The translations under genes were made by a program, and so were the position numbers. This document shows positions 17,714 through 28,032 of a stretch of DNA of 64,000 nt, one piece after another. The stretch lies in assembly GCA_947625225.1 (NCBI GenBank), contig CANQNQ010000005.1:28712-92711 (forward strand). Reading direction: 5' to 3'. Under the pieces are notes generated by a model, which was not told the DNA's origin, made no database searches, and saw only the letters and a program-made list of their open reading frames with translations. This DNA comes from an uncultured Clostridia bacterium. Lineage in GTDB: Bacteria > Bacillota > Clostridia > Christensenellales > CAG-917. Every line of letters starts with the position of its first letter. Position 1 is the first letter of the stretch.

Positions 17714-19498
17714 TCATTCCTTCATGGACTTTTCAAGCTCGGCAAGCGTCGCGCTGAACTCGTCGATAGCCTTCTTGTAAGGCGCGTCGCTTTCCAGATC
17801 TACTTCCGCAAGACGGATTATGTCCAGCGGAGCCATGCTGCCGCCCGCGGACAAAAACTTCTTGTATTTTTCAAAGTAAGGCGCGCCGTATTTGAGGATG
17901 TTGTCCGCAATGGACACCGCCGTGGTGATGCCCGTCGCGTACTTGTACACGTAGTAGCTGTTGTAAAAATGCGGGATCCTCGCCCACTCGTAGCGGATGA
18001 GGTCGTTGTGCTTCACCGATCTGCCGTAGTACTTCTTGTTCAGCTCGTAATACATATTGTTGAGTTCGTCGGCGGTGATGGGCTCCCCTCTCTCCACCTT
18101 TTCGTGCGCCAGCACTTCGAACTCGCTGAACATGGTCTGCCTGAACAGCGTGGTGCGGAACATATCCAGATAGTACGCCAGCAGGTACTGCCTGAACTGA
18201 CCCGTCGCGGTCTTAAGCAGATGTTTGAGCAGCAGCACCTCGTTGACGGTGGAGGCTATCTCCGCGCAGAATATCTCGTAGCCAGCCTTCTGTTCGGGCT
18301 GAGCGGCGTTGGAATAGTAGCTGTGCATGGAATGCCCCAGCTCGTGCGCGATGGTGAACACGTCGTGCACCGTCTCCTGGTAGTTGAGCAGCACAAACGG
18401 ATGCACGCCGTACACTCCCCAGGAGTACGCGCCGCTGCGCTTGCCCTTGTTTTCGTAGACGTCCACCCAATTGTTTTCAAACGCGCTTGCCAGCACCTCG
18501 CCGTACTCCTTGCCCATGACGGACAGGGCTTCCTTTACCAGCTTCACAGCGTCGTCGTAAGGCATGGCAAGCTCCTGCTCGGGCACGATGGGCAGATAGA
18601 GGTCGTACATGTTGAGCGTATTAAGTTTAAGCGCCTTCTTCCTGAGAGATATATATCTGTGCAGCGCCTTGGTGCCCTTGCCGACCGCCTCCAACAGCTT
18701 TTTGTAGCAAGTGGGCGGCACGTTTTCGAGGTACATAGAGTAGTCCAGCGCGCTCTTGAAGCCCCTGACTTTGGCGTAGAACCAATCCTTTTTGACGTTG
18801 CCCGCGTAGTTGGCGGCGATGGTGTTGATGTGGTCCTTGTAGGCGGTGAACATGCTTTCAAACGCCTTTTTGCGCACGTTTTGGTTGCCGTTTTGCAGCA
18901 GCATGCCGTATACGCCGTGACTGAGCTCCACCTTGTTGCCCTTGTCGTCCTTGACGGGCTTGAACTTGATGTCCGCGTTGTCAAACATGTTGAACACCTC
19001 GCTGTTGGTGTCCGCAAACAGCCCGACTTCTGTAAGCAACTTTTCCTCGCTCTTGGACAGGATGATGTCCTTGCTGCGCAATATCTCCTTGAAGTACACG
19101 TCGTAGTCCTCAAACTTTTTGGACTTTGCAAGCGCCTCCAGTCTCTCCTTTGAAAATTCGGATATCTCCGGTTTGATGAAGGAGGACAGCGAGGAGTAGC
19201 GCACTATGAGCATCTCCGCCCTGTTGGTCATCGCCTGATAGGCGCTCACGCGGGAGTCCTCGTCCTGATGCATCTTGGCGTACTGTATAAGGCGCCCCAG
19301 ATCGTGCGAAAGGCGGGTGGACAGCTCAAGACAATCGTACAGTTTATCGTCGTCATCCAGCTTGTCGGCGTACTCCGCAATGTGCACAAGCCTCTCCTCC
19401 GTCTTGAAGAAGCACTCCTCCCAAGCGCTGTCATCCGCGAAGATGGCGCCCAGATCCCACTGATATTTTTTGTCGACCTTGTCGCGTTCGTATATCAT
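17714..19498 (-). CDS. pepF: Oligoendopeptidase F (M3B)
   Basis: HELGHSMH zinc motif. I moved the start to ATG 19498, which is preceded by GGAGGTTTGAT. Confidence 0.92.
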   Translation of the reverse strand: MIYERDKVDKKYQWDLGAIFADDSAWEECFFKTEERLVHIAEYADKLDDDDKLYDCLELSTRLSHDLGRLIQYAKMHQDEDSRVSAYQAMTNRAEMLIVRYSSLSSFIKPEISEFSKERLEALAKSKKFEDYDVYFKEILRSKDIILSKSEEKLLTEVGLFADTNSEVFNMFDNADIKFKPVKDDKGNKVELSHGVYGMLLQNGNQNVRKKAFESMFTAYKDHINTIAANYAGNVKKDWFYAKVRGFKSALDYSMYLENVPPTCYKKLLEAVGKGTKALHRYISLRKKALKLNTLNMYDLYLPIVPEQELAMPYDDAVKLVKEALSVMGKEYGEVLASAFENNWVDVYENKGKRSGAYSWGVYGVHPFVLLNYQETVHDVFTIAHELGHSMHSYYSNAAQPEQKAGYEIFCAEIASTVNEVLLLKHLLKTATGQFRQYLLAYYLDMFRTTLFRQTMFSEFEVLAHEKVERGEPITADELNNMYYELNKKYYGRSVKHNDLIRYEWARIPHFYNSYYVYKYATGITTAVSIADNILKYGAPYFEKYKKFLSAGGSMAPLDIIRLAEVDLESDAPYKKAIDEFSATLAELEKSMKE

Positions 19499-19558
19499 AT
19501 CAAACCTCCGAAAAACTATTTTTTGTATGTGTATGCGGCGCATAAACCGCCGTTTTTG

Positions 19559-21046
19559 TCATTCTATAAACAGATCGCCGCTCAAAAACTCCGGCGAGCA
19601 GGACAAATTTATGCCCAGTTGTCTCAGTGGCGCCTCGTCCGCCTTGCCCAGCATATGCGTGGAGTGCGCCTCAAGCCCTCTGAGTACCGACAATTGCTCT
19701 ATTGCGGACGCGGCGTTGGCGTCGGTAGCGGCGCAGATGGACAGCGCAAGCAGCGCCTCCTCAAGCGTGAGCTTATTGCTCTTTTCCTTCAATATCTTTG
19801 TCTTGAGGTCAAGGATGGGGCCTATAACGTAGGGGGATATAAGTTTAAGCCTGTCGTTGATGCCCGCAAGCGCCTTGACCGAGTTGAATATGCATGCCGC
19901 CGCCGCGCTCATGCGGTCGCTGTTTTTGCCGGTGACTATCTTGCCGTCTGGCAGCTCTATGGCTATCGCGCCCGCGCCGCCGTTTTGATCGCTCTTGCGC
20001 TTTGCCGCCTCCACAACGGGTCTGTCCGCCTCCTTTATGCCAAGGCGGGACATCAGAAATTCCAGACGGCTGACCGTTTCCTGCGTAGCCGCTCCCCTCA
20101 AAAAGTCGCAGCGCGCCTTGAAATATCTGCGCAACACTTCCTGCTTTGCCGCCTCGCAGCAGACCTCGTCGTCCACGATGCAGTAACCCGCCATGTTGAC
20201 GCCCATATCCGTGGGCGACTTGTATATGCACTCCTTGCCCGTGATGCGCGTAAGTATGCTGCTGACGACCGGGAACACCTCTATATCCCTGTTGTAGTTG
20301 ACGGTTATCTCGCCGTACGCATCGAGGTGGAAGTTGTCCACCTTGTTGACGTCCTGCAAGTCAGCAGTCGCCGCCTCGTACGCCACGTTGACGGGATGAT
20401 TGAGGGGCAGATTCCATATCGGGAAGGTCTCGAATTTGGCGTAGCCCGCCTTGACTCCCCTCTTGTTTTCATGGTACAGCTGGGACAGGCAAGTCGCCAG
20501 CTTGCCGCTGCCGGGACCGGGCGCGGTGAGCACCACCAGCGGGCGCGAGGTCTCTATGTACGGATTTGCGCCGTAGCCCTCGTCGGACACGATCGCGTCG
20601 ATGTCGTGCGGATAGCCCTTGGTGGGACGGTGGATGTACACCTTGACTCCCCTGTTTTCCAGCTTCTTTTTGAACGCGAGCGCGCCTTGTTGGTCGGTGA
20701 ACATTGTGATGACCACGCAGTTGATATATATGCCCATGCCGGAGATGTTGTCGATCATGCGCTCCACTTCGCTGCCGTATGTGATGCCGAAGTCCGCGCG
20801 CATCTTGTTTTGCTCAATGGCGCCGGCGTTGATACAGATGATAAGTTCCGCCTTGTCGCGCAGCTTGTGCAGCAGCTTTATCTTTGCCGCCTTGTCAAAG
20901 CCGGGCAACACGCGCGCCGCGTGCAGATCGTCAAACAGCTTGCCGCCGAATTCCAGATACAGCTTGTCGAAACGCTCTATCCTTTTGAGGATCTGCTCCG
21001 ACTGTTTACGCATGTACATTTCACTGTCAAATCCTGTCTTTACCAT
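19559..21046 (-). CDS. UPF0371 / DUF1846 family protein
   Basis: From memory, these strongly match UPF0371 proteins: LYLEFGGKLFDDLHAARVLPG, TAPGPGSGKLATC and GYAKFETFPIWNLPLNHPVNVAYEAATADL. 495 aa. Confidence 0.88.
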   Translation of the reverse strand: MVKTGFDSEMYMRKQSEQILKRIERFDKLYLEFGGKLFDDLHAARVLPGFDKAAKIKLLHKLRDKAELIICINAGAIEQNKMRADFGITYGSEVERMIDNISGMGIYINCVVITMFTDQQGALAFKKKLENRGVKVYIHRPTKGYPHDIDAIVSDEGYGANPYIETSRPLVVLTAPGPGSGKLATCLSQLYHENKRGVKAGYAKFETFPIWNLPLNHPVNVAYEAATADLQDVNKVDNFHLDAYGEITVNYNRDIEVFPVVSSILTRITGKECIYKSPTDMGVNMAGYCIVDDEVCCEAAKQEVLRRYFKARCDFLRGAATQETVSRLEFLMSRLGIKEADRPVVEAAKRKSDQNGGAGAIAIELPDGKIVTGKNSDRMSAAAACIFNSVKALAGINDRLKLISPYVIGPILDLKTKILKEKSNKLTLEEALLALSICAATDANAASAIEQLSVLRGLEAHSTHMLGKADEAPLRQLGINLSCSPEFLSGDLFIE

Positions 21047-21123
21047 ATATTATAAAGTCCCCTTTTGGTATCAAATGATGTTTTACGCGCTTATTTTGTC
21101 ATAAAACGCACGTTTTTGGTTTT

Positions 21124-23571
21124 TTACTCCATATCCTGTCTGCCCTTGACGTTTGCCGCGGCAAATGTCAGCGTCGCATTTTTGACGATGGGCTTGCCCT
21201 TGGTGGTGCGCGTCTCTATCCTTATGGATTCGGTGTTGACGATCTTCAGCTCGTCGCCCGCGCCTATCACCAGATCGTAAGGCATCTTGACGAGGCCAAT
21301 ATACTTTACCTTGGCGTTGTCAAGCTCGACAAGTTTTACGCCCTTGAGATAGCGGGAGGCGAGGTCTATGGTGGATACGATGACGCGCTTGGCGTACAGC
21401 TTGTCCGTGATGACTATTATCTCGCCCTCGTCATCCGCCTGACCCGCAAACGCCACGCTGTCGCCCTCGCTCAGCTTTATGCCCTTTACGCCGGCGGCGT
21501 TTCTGCCCTGAAGGGGTATCTCCGTCGCCTTGTAGGTAAGCACCTGTCCGTCGGCGGTGACCTCCATCACGTACTTTTCGTCGTCAACGACGTCCGCGCC
21601 TATCACGCTGTCTTTATCGGCAAGCGACATAGCCTTGAAATAGGTCTTGCTTGAGGAAAATTCCGATAGATCCACGCGCTTTGCCATGCCGTATTTTGTA
21701 AACAGCACCAGCTCGCCCGCGGGCACTCCCTCGAAGAATATCAGCTTGACGGGATACTCGCCCACCTGCACGTCCTGATTGAGGCTGCCCAACTTGAAGG
21801 GCTTTTCGCGGAATTTCTTTTCGGGCAGGGTCGTGACGTCAAGTTTGACAAGTCCGCCCATATTGGTGATCGCCAGCAGCGATCCCCTATTGTTGACGTC
21901 TATAGCCTGCACGGGGATGGCGTCCTTTGGCAATGACAGGATATCCTTGACACCCGCCTGATAGCTCTTTGCGCTCATAAAGCGTAACTGCCCGTCCTGC
22001 GAGAGGGAGAGCACGCCGTCGCGATAGGCTACGACCTCGGCGACGTCGGGAACGCTGAAGTCCTTTACGTCCTCCTCCTTGTCAAGAATTACGGTCATGC
22101 GGGGGGAATCCATCTCCTTTTTTATTTGCAGCAGCTCGCGCTTGACGATGTCCAGCTGCTTGCGTTTGGAAGCGAGGATCGCCTCGTAGTTGGCTATGCG
22201 TTGGCGCAGGTCTCTCAGCTCCTCCTCCAGCTTGCCCACTTCCAGCTTTGCAAGCGTCTTGAGGCGCATATCGAGGATGGCTTGCGCCTGCACGTCGCTC
22301 AGCTCGAAGCGCTGCATCAGCCTCTCCTTTGCCTTGGCGGTGGACTCGGACTCGCGGATTATTTTTATCACCTCGTCTATGTTGCGTATGGCGATAAGCA
22401 AGCCTTCGACTATCTCCGCCCTTGCGCGCGCGGCTTTGAGGTCGTATGTGGTGCGCTTTACTATTATCTGGCGTTGATATTCTATATAGTAGTTGAGGTA
22501 CGCCTTGAGGCTGAGCTGTTCCGGCTTGCCGTTTGCGATGGCGACCATGTTGATGGAGTATCCCATCTCAAGATTGGTCTTTTTGAAAAGGAAGTCCACA
22601 ATTTTGTTGACGTCGGCATCGCGCTTGCACTTGATGACCGCGCGCATGCCCGTCTTGTCGCTTTCGTCGACGATGTCGGATATGCCCGCAAGCAGCTCCT
22701 TGTTGGACTCCTTGAGGTCGGCGATGCGGGTGAGCAGTTCCGCCTTGGACACCTGATAGGGTATCTCGGTGATGACGATGTTCTTTTTGCCGCCGTCGTC
22801 GCCCTCCATATGCAGGCGGGAGCGAATCTTTATCCTGCCCTTGCCCGTCTCGTATATCTCCTCCAGGCTGTCCACGGGGATGATGAATCCGCCCGTGGGG
22901 AAGTCGGGGCCGTGGAATACCTTCAGCAATTCCGCCGTGGTGATGTTGGGGTTTTCTATCTTGGCTACAACCGCGTCGATACACTCCCCCATATTGTGTG
23001 TGGGGATGTTGGTGGCAAGTCCCACCGCAATGCCGTTTGCTCCGTTGACAAGCAGATTGGGAAAGCGCCCGGGAAGGGTGTTTGGCTCCTCGAGGCTGTC
23101 GTCGAAGTTGGGCGTCCACACGACGGTCTCCTTGTCGATGTCCCTCAAAAGCTCCAACGCGAGCTTGCTCATGCGCGCCTCGGTATACCTCATTGCCGCC
23201 GCCCCGTCGCCGTCAACGCTGCCGAAGTTGCCGTGACCGTCCACCAGCGTCATGCGCATCGCAAAGGGCTGCGCAAGCCTCACCAGTGCGCCGTATACGG
23301 AGCTGTCGCCGTGAGGATGATATTTGCCAAGGCAATCGCCCACTATGCGCGCGCACTTCTTGTGCGGCTTGTCGGGGGTCAATCCCATCTCGTGCATGGA
23401 GTAAAGCACCCTGCGCTGCACGGGCTTGAGTCCGTCCTCAACGCGCGGGATGGCGCGGTCGAGAATGACGTTTTCGGAATATGGGATCATGGAATTGTGC
23501 ATGACCTCTTCGAAAACGGTGTCGAGCACTATCTGTTTGCTTTCAAATTCTCTGGTTTTGCTGTTTGCCAT
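21124..23571 (-). CDS. parC: Type IIA topoisomerase subunit A, ParC-like (topoisomerase IV)
   Basis: [12 protein letters not shown] and the active-site [10 protein letters not shown] are present. I found no GyrA-box (QRRGGKG) in the C-terminal domain. The gene follows the B subunit and is not in a dnaA/recF context. Confidence 0.85.
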   Translation of the reverse strand: MANSKTREFESKQIVLDTVFEEVMHNSMIPYSENVILDRAIPRVEDGLKPVQRRVLYSMHEMGLTPDKPHKKCARIVGDCLGKYHPHGDSSVYGALVRLAQPFAMRMTLVDGHGNFGSVDGDGAAAMRYTEARMSKLALELLRDIDKETVVWTPNFDDSLEEPNTLPGRFPNLLVNGANGIAVGLATNIPTHNMGECIDAVVAKIENPNITTAELLKVFHGPDFPTGGFIIPVDSLEEIYETGKGRIKIRSRLHMEGDDGGKKNIVITEIPYQVSKAELLTRIADLKESNKELLAGISDIVDESDKTGMRAVIKCKRDADVNKIVDFLFKKTNLEMGYSINMVAIANGKPEQLSLKAYLNYYIEYQRQIIVKRTTYDLKAARARAEIVEGLLIAIRNIDEVIKIIRESESTAKAKERLMQRFELSDVQAQAILDMRLKTLAKLEVGKLEEELRDLRQRIANYEAILASKRKQLDIVKRELLQIKKEMDSPRMTVILDKEEDVKDFSVPDVAEVVAYRDGVLSLSQDGQLRFMSAKSYQAGVKDILSLPKDAIPVQAIDVNNRGSLLAITNMGGLVKLDVTTLPEKKFREKPFKLGSLNQDVQVGEYPVKLIFFEGVPAGELVLFTKYGMAKRVDLSEFSSSKTYFKAMSLADKDSVIGADVVDDEKYVMEVTADGQVLTYKATEIPLQGRNAAGVKGIKLSEGDSVAFAGQADDEGEIIVITDKLYAKRVIVSTIDLASRYLKGVKLVELDNAKVKYIGLVKMPYDLVIGAGDELKIVNTESIRIETRTTKGKPIVKNATLTFAAANVKGRQDME

Positions 23572-23616
23572 AGTCCTTTAAGGGCGTCCTTTATATTTTT
23601 CCTGTTCGGGCGAGGG

Positions 23617-25587
23617 TCATTCCGCGTCCGTCTGCTGAACTTTGAAGGTGTCCACCTTGTTGAAGTCGGCGTATTTGTAAATATAGTCCTTGCGGATGTT
23701 GCTGTCGTCGCCCATAAGTATGGTGATGCGCTTGTCCGCCATTGCCGCGTCGTCTATAGTCACGCGCGTGAGCGTGCGCTTGGAGGGGTCCATGGTGGTA
23801 TCCCACAGCTGCTCGGGATTCATTTCGCCCAAGCCCTTGAAACGCTGAAGCAGGGCGTTTTTGCCCATCTTCTTTTGCCCCTCTACGAGCGCCGCGTCGT
23901 CGTAGCAGTACAGTATCTCGTCCTTCTTTTGCAGCCTGTAAAGCGGAGGCATGCCTATGTATACGTGCCCTTCGGTGATAAGACTGCGCATATAGCGGAA
24001 GAAGAATGTCAGCAGCAGCGCCCTTATGTGCGCGCCGTCCTGGTCGGCGTCGGCGAGGATGATGACCTTGTCGTACTTGAGCGACGAGATGTCAAATTCG
24101 GGGTCGATGCCCGTGCCCAAAGCGCTTATAAGCGTGGCAAATTCCTCATTGGCGAGTATCTTTTCAAGGCTTGCCTTTTCCACGTTGAGGGGTTTGCCCC
24201 TAAGCGGTAATATCGCCTGGAAAAACCTGTCCCTCGCCTGCTTTGCGCTGCCGCCCGCGCTGTCGCCCTCGACGATAAACAGCTCGTTTATGGCGGCGTT
24301 TTTGCCCGAACAGCTTGCCAACTTGCCCACGAGATTCAGCCCCGCCAGCTTGTTCTGCTGACGGCTGAGGTCCTTTGCGCGCTTTGCCGCCTCGCGTGAC
24401 TTCGCCGCGCCCATAGCCTTGGCTATCACCTTTTCCGCAGTAGCCTTGTAGCCGCGCTGCAACAGCAGGTCGCTCAACTTTTCCACTACGAGGTTTTCCA
24501 CCTTTGTTCTGACCTCGGGGTTGCCCAGCCTGCCCTTTGTCTGACCCTCGAACTGCACGTTCTGCATCCTGACGCTGATGACGGCGACCATGCCCTCCCT
24601 GAAGTCCTCGCCAAGCAGATTTGCCTGCTTGTCCTTGAGGATGTTGTTGCGGCGCGCGTAGTCGTTGAACACCCTGGTAACGGCGCTCTTGAAGCCCGCC
24701 TCGTGGGTGCCGCCCTCCGCAGTGGGAATGCTGTTGACGTAGGAATATATGTTTTCCGTATAGCCCTCTGTATGCTGTATTGCCACTTCCACCTCGAAGT
24801 GCTCCTCTTTTGCCTCCACGTACATGGGTTTGTCGTAAAGCACCGCTCTGCCCTCGTTGAGGTACTGCACGTAGTCGGCGATGCCGCCCTTGTAGCAGAA
24901 CACGTCGTGCCTTTCCGTGCCGCCCGCAAGCGGCATGCGGTTGTCGTCAATGACTATGTTGACGCCCTTGTTGAGATACGCCACGTCGCGCATGCGCTCC
25001 GCAATGACGCCGTAGTCGAACGTCTCCTTGCCGAAAACCCTCTCGTCCGGCTTGAAGGTGACGGTGGTGCCGCTGCCCTTTGTCTTGCCAAGCACGGTGG
25101 GAGGAGTCTTGACGATGCCGCTCTTTATCTTGTTGCCCACCTGCGGGGAGTAAAACTCCGTCCTGTAAAGATAGCCGTTGCGCTTTACGTCCACGGTGAG
25201 CCACTCGCTGAGCGCGTTGGTGACCGAAGCGCCCACGCCGTGCAAGCCGCCCGAATAGTTGTACTGTCCGTTGTCAAACTTGGCACCCGCGTGCAATTGC
25301 GTAAAGACCACCTCCACGCCGCTTATCTTCAGCTTGGGGTGCTTGTCCACGGGCACGCCTCTGCCGTTGTCCGTAACCCTTGCGACATTGTCGTCAAGCA
25401 GCTCTATCCTGACGGTGTCGCCGTAGCCGTTTGCCGCCTCGTCTATGCTGTTGTCGATAATTTCCCAAAGGATATGGTGCATGCCCTTGGAGCCTGTTGT
25501 GCCTATGTACATACCGGGACGCTTCCTTACGGCGTCGAGTCCCTCCAGCACACGAATATCACCTGCATTGTAATCTTGATTTGCCAT
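23617..25587 (-). CDS. parE: Type IIA topoisomerase subunit B, ParE-like
   Basis: I moved the start to ATG 25587 (MANQDYNAGDIRVLEGLDAVRKRPGMYIG). It has a GHKL ATPase domain, the Toprim motif EGDSAGG and PLRGKPLNV. Confidence 0.88.
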   Translation of the reverse strand: MANQDYNAGDIRVLEGLDAVRKRPGMYIGTTGSKGMHHILWEIIDNSIDEAANGYGDTVRIELLDDNVARVTDNGRGVPVDKHPKLKISGVEVVFTQLHAGAKFDNGQYNYSGGLHGVGASVTNALSEWLTVDVKRNGYLYRTEFYSPQVGNKIKSGIVKTPPTVLGKTKGSGTTVTFKPDERVFGKETFDYGVIAERMRDVAYLNKGVNIVIDDNRMPLAGGTERHDVFCYKGGIADYVQYLNEGRAVLYDKPMYVEAKEEHFEVEVAIQHTEGYTENIYSYVNSIPTAEGGTHEAGFKSAVTRVFNDYARRNNILKDKQANLLGEDFREGMVAVISVRMQNVQFEGQTKGRLGNPEVRTKVENLVVEKLSDLLLQRGYKATAEKVIAKAMGAAKSREAAKRAKDLSRQQNKLAGLNLVGKLASCSGKNAAINELFIVEGDSAGGSAKQARDRFFQAILPLRGKPLNVEKASLEKILANEEFATLISALGTGIDPEFDISSLKYDKVIILADADQDGAHIRALLLTFFFRYMRSLITEGHVYIGMPPLYRLQKKDEILYCYDDAALVEGQKKMGKNALLQRFKGLGEMNPEQLWDTTMDPSKRTLTRVTIDDAAMADKRITILMGDDSNIRKDYIYKYADFNKVDTFKVQQTDAE

Positions 25588-25677
25588 CTCTGCCTTTTGT
25601 GTCGAAAATCGGCACATTATACAAAATATTGTAGTTATTATAACATAGATATCACAATTGCACAACCTTAATTGCAA

Positions 25678-25708
25678 CAAAAAATCGCCTTTTGCAGGCG
25701 ATTTTTTC
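25678..25708 (-). terminator. Intrinsic terminator after the hydrolase gene
   Basis: The stem pairs ATCGCC (25684-25689) with GGCGAT (25697-25702), flanked by A6 and T6. Confidence 0.7.
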
Positions 25709-25750
25709 ATTTTGTCAAGTTTTGCGCCGTCGTGGGCGCAGATTTGCAGC

Positions 25751-26683
25751 TCAGCCGATGACGCTGTCCATAAACGCAAGCATATCTTTGTACACTTCGT
25801 CGCGGTTGATCTCGTTGATTATCTCGTGGCGCGCGCCCTCGTACAGCTTTAGTCTGACGTCCTTAACGCCGAGATCCTTGTACTGCTCGTACAGCTTTTT
25901 GACCAGCTTGCCGTTGCCGCCGACGGGGTCGTGATCGCCGGAGAAGATGCCTATGGGTTTGGCAAGATCGATGGCGGAAAGGTTGTCCGCAACGTACGCT
26001 TTTTTGAGGCCGTTGAGGAAGTATTTGAAGAACGCGATGGACATCACGTAACCACACTGCTCGTCAAGGCAATACTTCTTGACCTGCTCCTTGTCGCGGG
26101 AGAGCCAGCCGAAGGCAGTGCCTTCCTTCTTGAAGGGGGTGTTGTAGTTGCCAAAGGTCAGCTTGTCCATCATCTTTGCGGTCTTTTCGCCGCCGAGGGT
26201 CTTGTACTGCATGTTGGCGATGGCTGCGCCGAAGTTGAGCAGACCGCCCTTCATCATTGCGGAGCCGCTTAGTATGGCGGCGGTGTGCTCCTTGCACTTC
26301 TGGATGTACCTCTGCCCCACCATGCTGCCGTAGCTGTGTCCGAGGTATATCACGGGCAAGTTGTACTTCTCCTTAAGATATGACGTGATCGCCACTTCGT
26401 CGTCCACGGTGTCGTTGTAGATGTCGCCTGCCTGATAGCCCTTTATGCCTTTAGATGACTGTTTTTCACCGGTAACGCCGTGCGCGCGGTGGTCGTCGGC
26501 AAACACTATATAGCCGTTTTTGTTAAGAAACTTCGCAAAATCGTCGTAGCGACGGGCATGCTCCGCCATGCCGTGAGAAATCTGCACAACGCCCTTTGCA
26601 TTGCGGACGTCGTCCCACAGGTAGCACTGAAGTACGGTGATATTGCCATTGCTGTCAACGCGTTTGAATTTTTCGTTTTTCAT
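25751..26683 (-). CDS. Alpha/beta hydrolase (lysophospholipase / monoacylglycerol-lipase-like)
   Basis: GHSYGS nucleophile elbow and an HG oxyanion motif (QISHGMAEH). I moved the start to ATG 26683, which is preceded by GAGGAGATT. Confidence 0.8.
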   Translation of the reverse strand: MKNEKFKRVDSNGNITVLQCYLWDDVRNAKGVVQISHGMAEHARRYDDFAKFLNKNGYIVFADDHRAHGVTGEKQSSKGIKGYQAGDIYNDTVDDEVAITSYLKEKYNLPVIYLGHSYGSMVGQRYIQKCKEHTAAILSGSAMMKGGLLNFGAAIANMQYKTLGGEKTAKMMDKLTFGNYNTPFKKEGTAFGWLSRDKEQVKKYCLDEQCGYVMSIAFFKYFLNGLKKAYVADNLSAIDLAKPIGIFSGDHDPVGGNGKLVKKLYEQYKDLGVKDVRLKLYEGARHEIINEINRDEVYKDMLAFMDSVIG

Positions 26684-26922
26684 AATCTCCTCAAACCGCA
26701 AACATGCGGAACTATTTTTGATATACCTAGATTTTAACATATAACTCACATTTTTTCAAGAGGCATTTTTTTGCCGCGCGGACCCTCTTATACGCGCCCT
26801 ATGTTACGACAAAAAACCATATATCTAAACGGAAAATTTGTCACATATCCCCTCCCGCGGCGAAAACTTTGCTTTGCGATATACAACCGCGCCGATGCGG
26901 CATACTATGGGTGGGAGGCAAT

Positions 26923-28032
26923 ATGGATACTGCAAACAACCAAATCTTTTTTGACACTTCCCGCGGCGAGGGCGCCATTACGTTTACGGGAGGCGGCACG
27001 GGCGGACACATATATCCCAATTTGGCGCTGGCTGAAGAGTTTGCCTTACGCGGCTTTCACTGCGCGTACATCGGCGGCGAGGGGGATACGCTTGAGCGGC
27101 GACTTGCGCTTTCAAGCGGCATGGATTATTACGGCGTGCCCACGGTGAAGCTGGTGCGCTCGCTGTCCCCGTCCGCACTTAAAAACAATCTGTCCATTCC
27201 CGCCGTGCTCTCCCGCGCGGTCAAGGAGGCGGCAAAGGCTCTTGCGCACATCTCCCCCGTAGCGGTCATCTCCAAGGGCGGCTTCGTATCCCTGCCGACG
27301 GTGCTTGCGGCAAGCAAGGCAAATATACCCGTCTTTGCGCACGAGTCCGACCTGACGCTGGGCGTCGCCAACAAAATTGCGCGCATGAAGGGCGCGACCA
27401 TCCTAAAAGCCAATCCGCGCGCCGCATTCGAGGGCGTGACGGTGGGCATGCCGCTGAGGCGCTCCCTGTTTGAGGCGACCCGCGATAATGCGGCGAGAAA
27501 GCTGAATGTGCACACCTCAAAGCCCGTGCTGCTGGTGCTGGGCGGCTCGTCGGGGGCGAAGTACCTTAACGACGCGGTAAAATCGCAGATAGGCGCGCTT
27601 ACAAAGCGCTTCTTCGTGCTGCACGTGACGGGAAAGGCGGGCGCGGATATCCCCGCGACAGGCGACTATCTCCCCTTCGATTACGCCGACGACGTGGCGC
27701 AGTTTTACGCGCTGGCGGACGTGGTGCTGTCCCGCGCGGGAGCCACCGCCGTATACGAGCTTGCCGCCCTAAAAAAACGCGCGCTGCTGGTGCCTCTGCC
27801 AAAGGGGATATCCCGCGGAGATCAGCTGGACAACGCCGACCTCGCAAGGGAGCACGGCGCGGGCGTGCTATACCAAAACAATACATTTTGCGACGAACTT
27901 CTGCCCGCGTTGGAAAAAGTTCTCGCCCTTCCGCCGATGACAAATATCTGCGCCGACTCAAACGGAAAAATTGCGGACCTCGTCTGTGCTAGTCTAAGGC
28001 GAGGTGAAAAATGTACAGGCAAAAAACCATAG
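26923..28032 (+). CDS. murG: Undecaprenyldiphospho-muramoylpentapeptide beta-N-acetylglucosaminyltransferase MurG
   Basis: FTGGGTGGHIYPNLALAEE signature. I moved the start to ATG 26923, which has GGGAGG upstream. Confidence 0.9.
   Translation: MDTANNQIFFDTSRGEGAITFTGGGTGGHIYPNLALAEEFALRGFHCAYIGGEGDTLERRLALSSGMDYYGVPTVKLVRSLSPSALKNNLSIPAVLSRAVKEAAKALAHISPVAVISKGGFVSLPTVLAASKANIPVFAHESDLTLGVANKIARMKGATILKANPRAAFEGVTVGMPLRRSLFEATRDNAARKLNVHTSKPVLLVLGGSSGAKYLNDAVKSQIGALTKRFFVLHVTGKAGADIPATGDYLPFDYADDVAQFYALADVVLSRAGATAVYELAALKKRALLVPLPKGISRGDQLDNADLAREHGAGVLYQNNTFCDELLPALEKVLALPPMTNICADSNGKIADLVCASLRRGEKCTGKKP

Noticed and set aside
17561-19153. 530-aa ORF on the plus strand
   Set aside because: It is entirely antisense to pepF, which has an HELGH motif and a strong SD. 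Its R/H/V/L-rich composition is typical of the mirror frame of a GC-rich gene. It has no SD and no recognisable motif.
19520-19558. Hairpin CGGCG-CATAAAC-CGCCG followed by T5 between UPF0371 and pepF
   Set aside because: The T-run is on the plus strand while both flanking genes are on the minus strand. It cannot be their terminator. At most it blocks antisense transcription.
19268-21055. 595-aa ORF on the plus strand
   Set aside because: It is antisense to the well-conserved UPF0371 gene and the 5' end of pepF. It is a compositional artefact of high GC.
22126-24210. 694-aa ORF on the plus strand
   Set aside because: It is antisense to parC and parE and spans their intergenic gap. It has no motifs, and the opposite-strand genes carry unmistakable topoisomerase signatures.
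21124-25587. Possible call as DNA gyrase (gyrB-gyrA)
   Set aside because: The A subunit has KPVQRR, which is ParC-like, and I could not find a GyrA box (QRRGGKG) in its C-terminal domain. The pair is also not in a dnaA-dnaN-recF context. I call it topoisomerase IV-like, but only a phylogeny would settle this.
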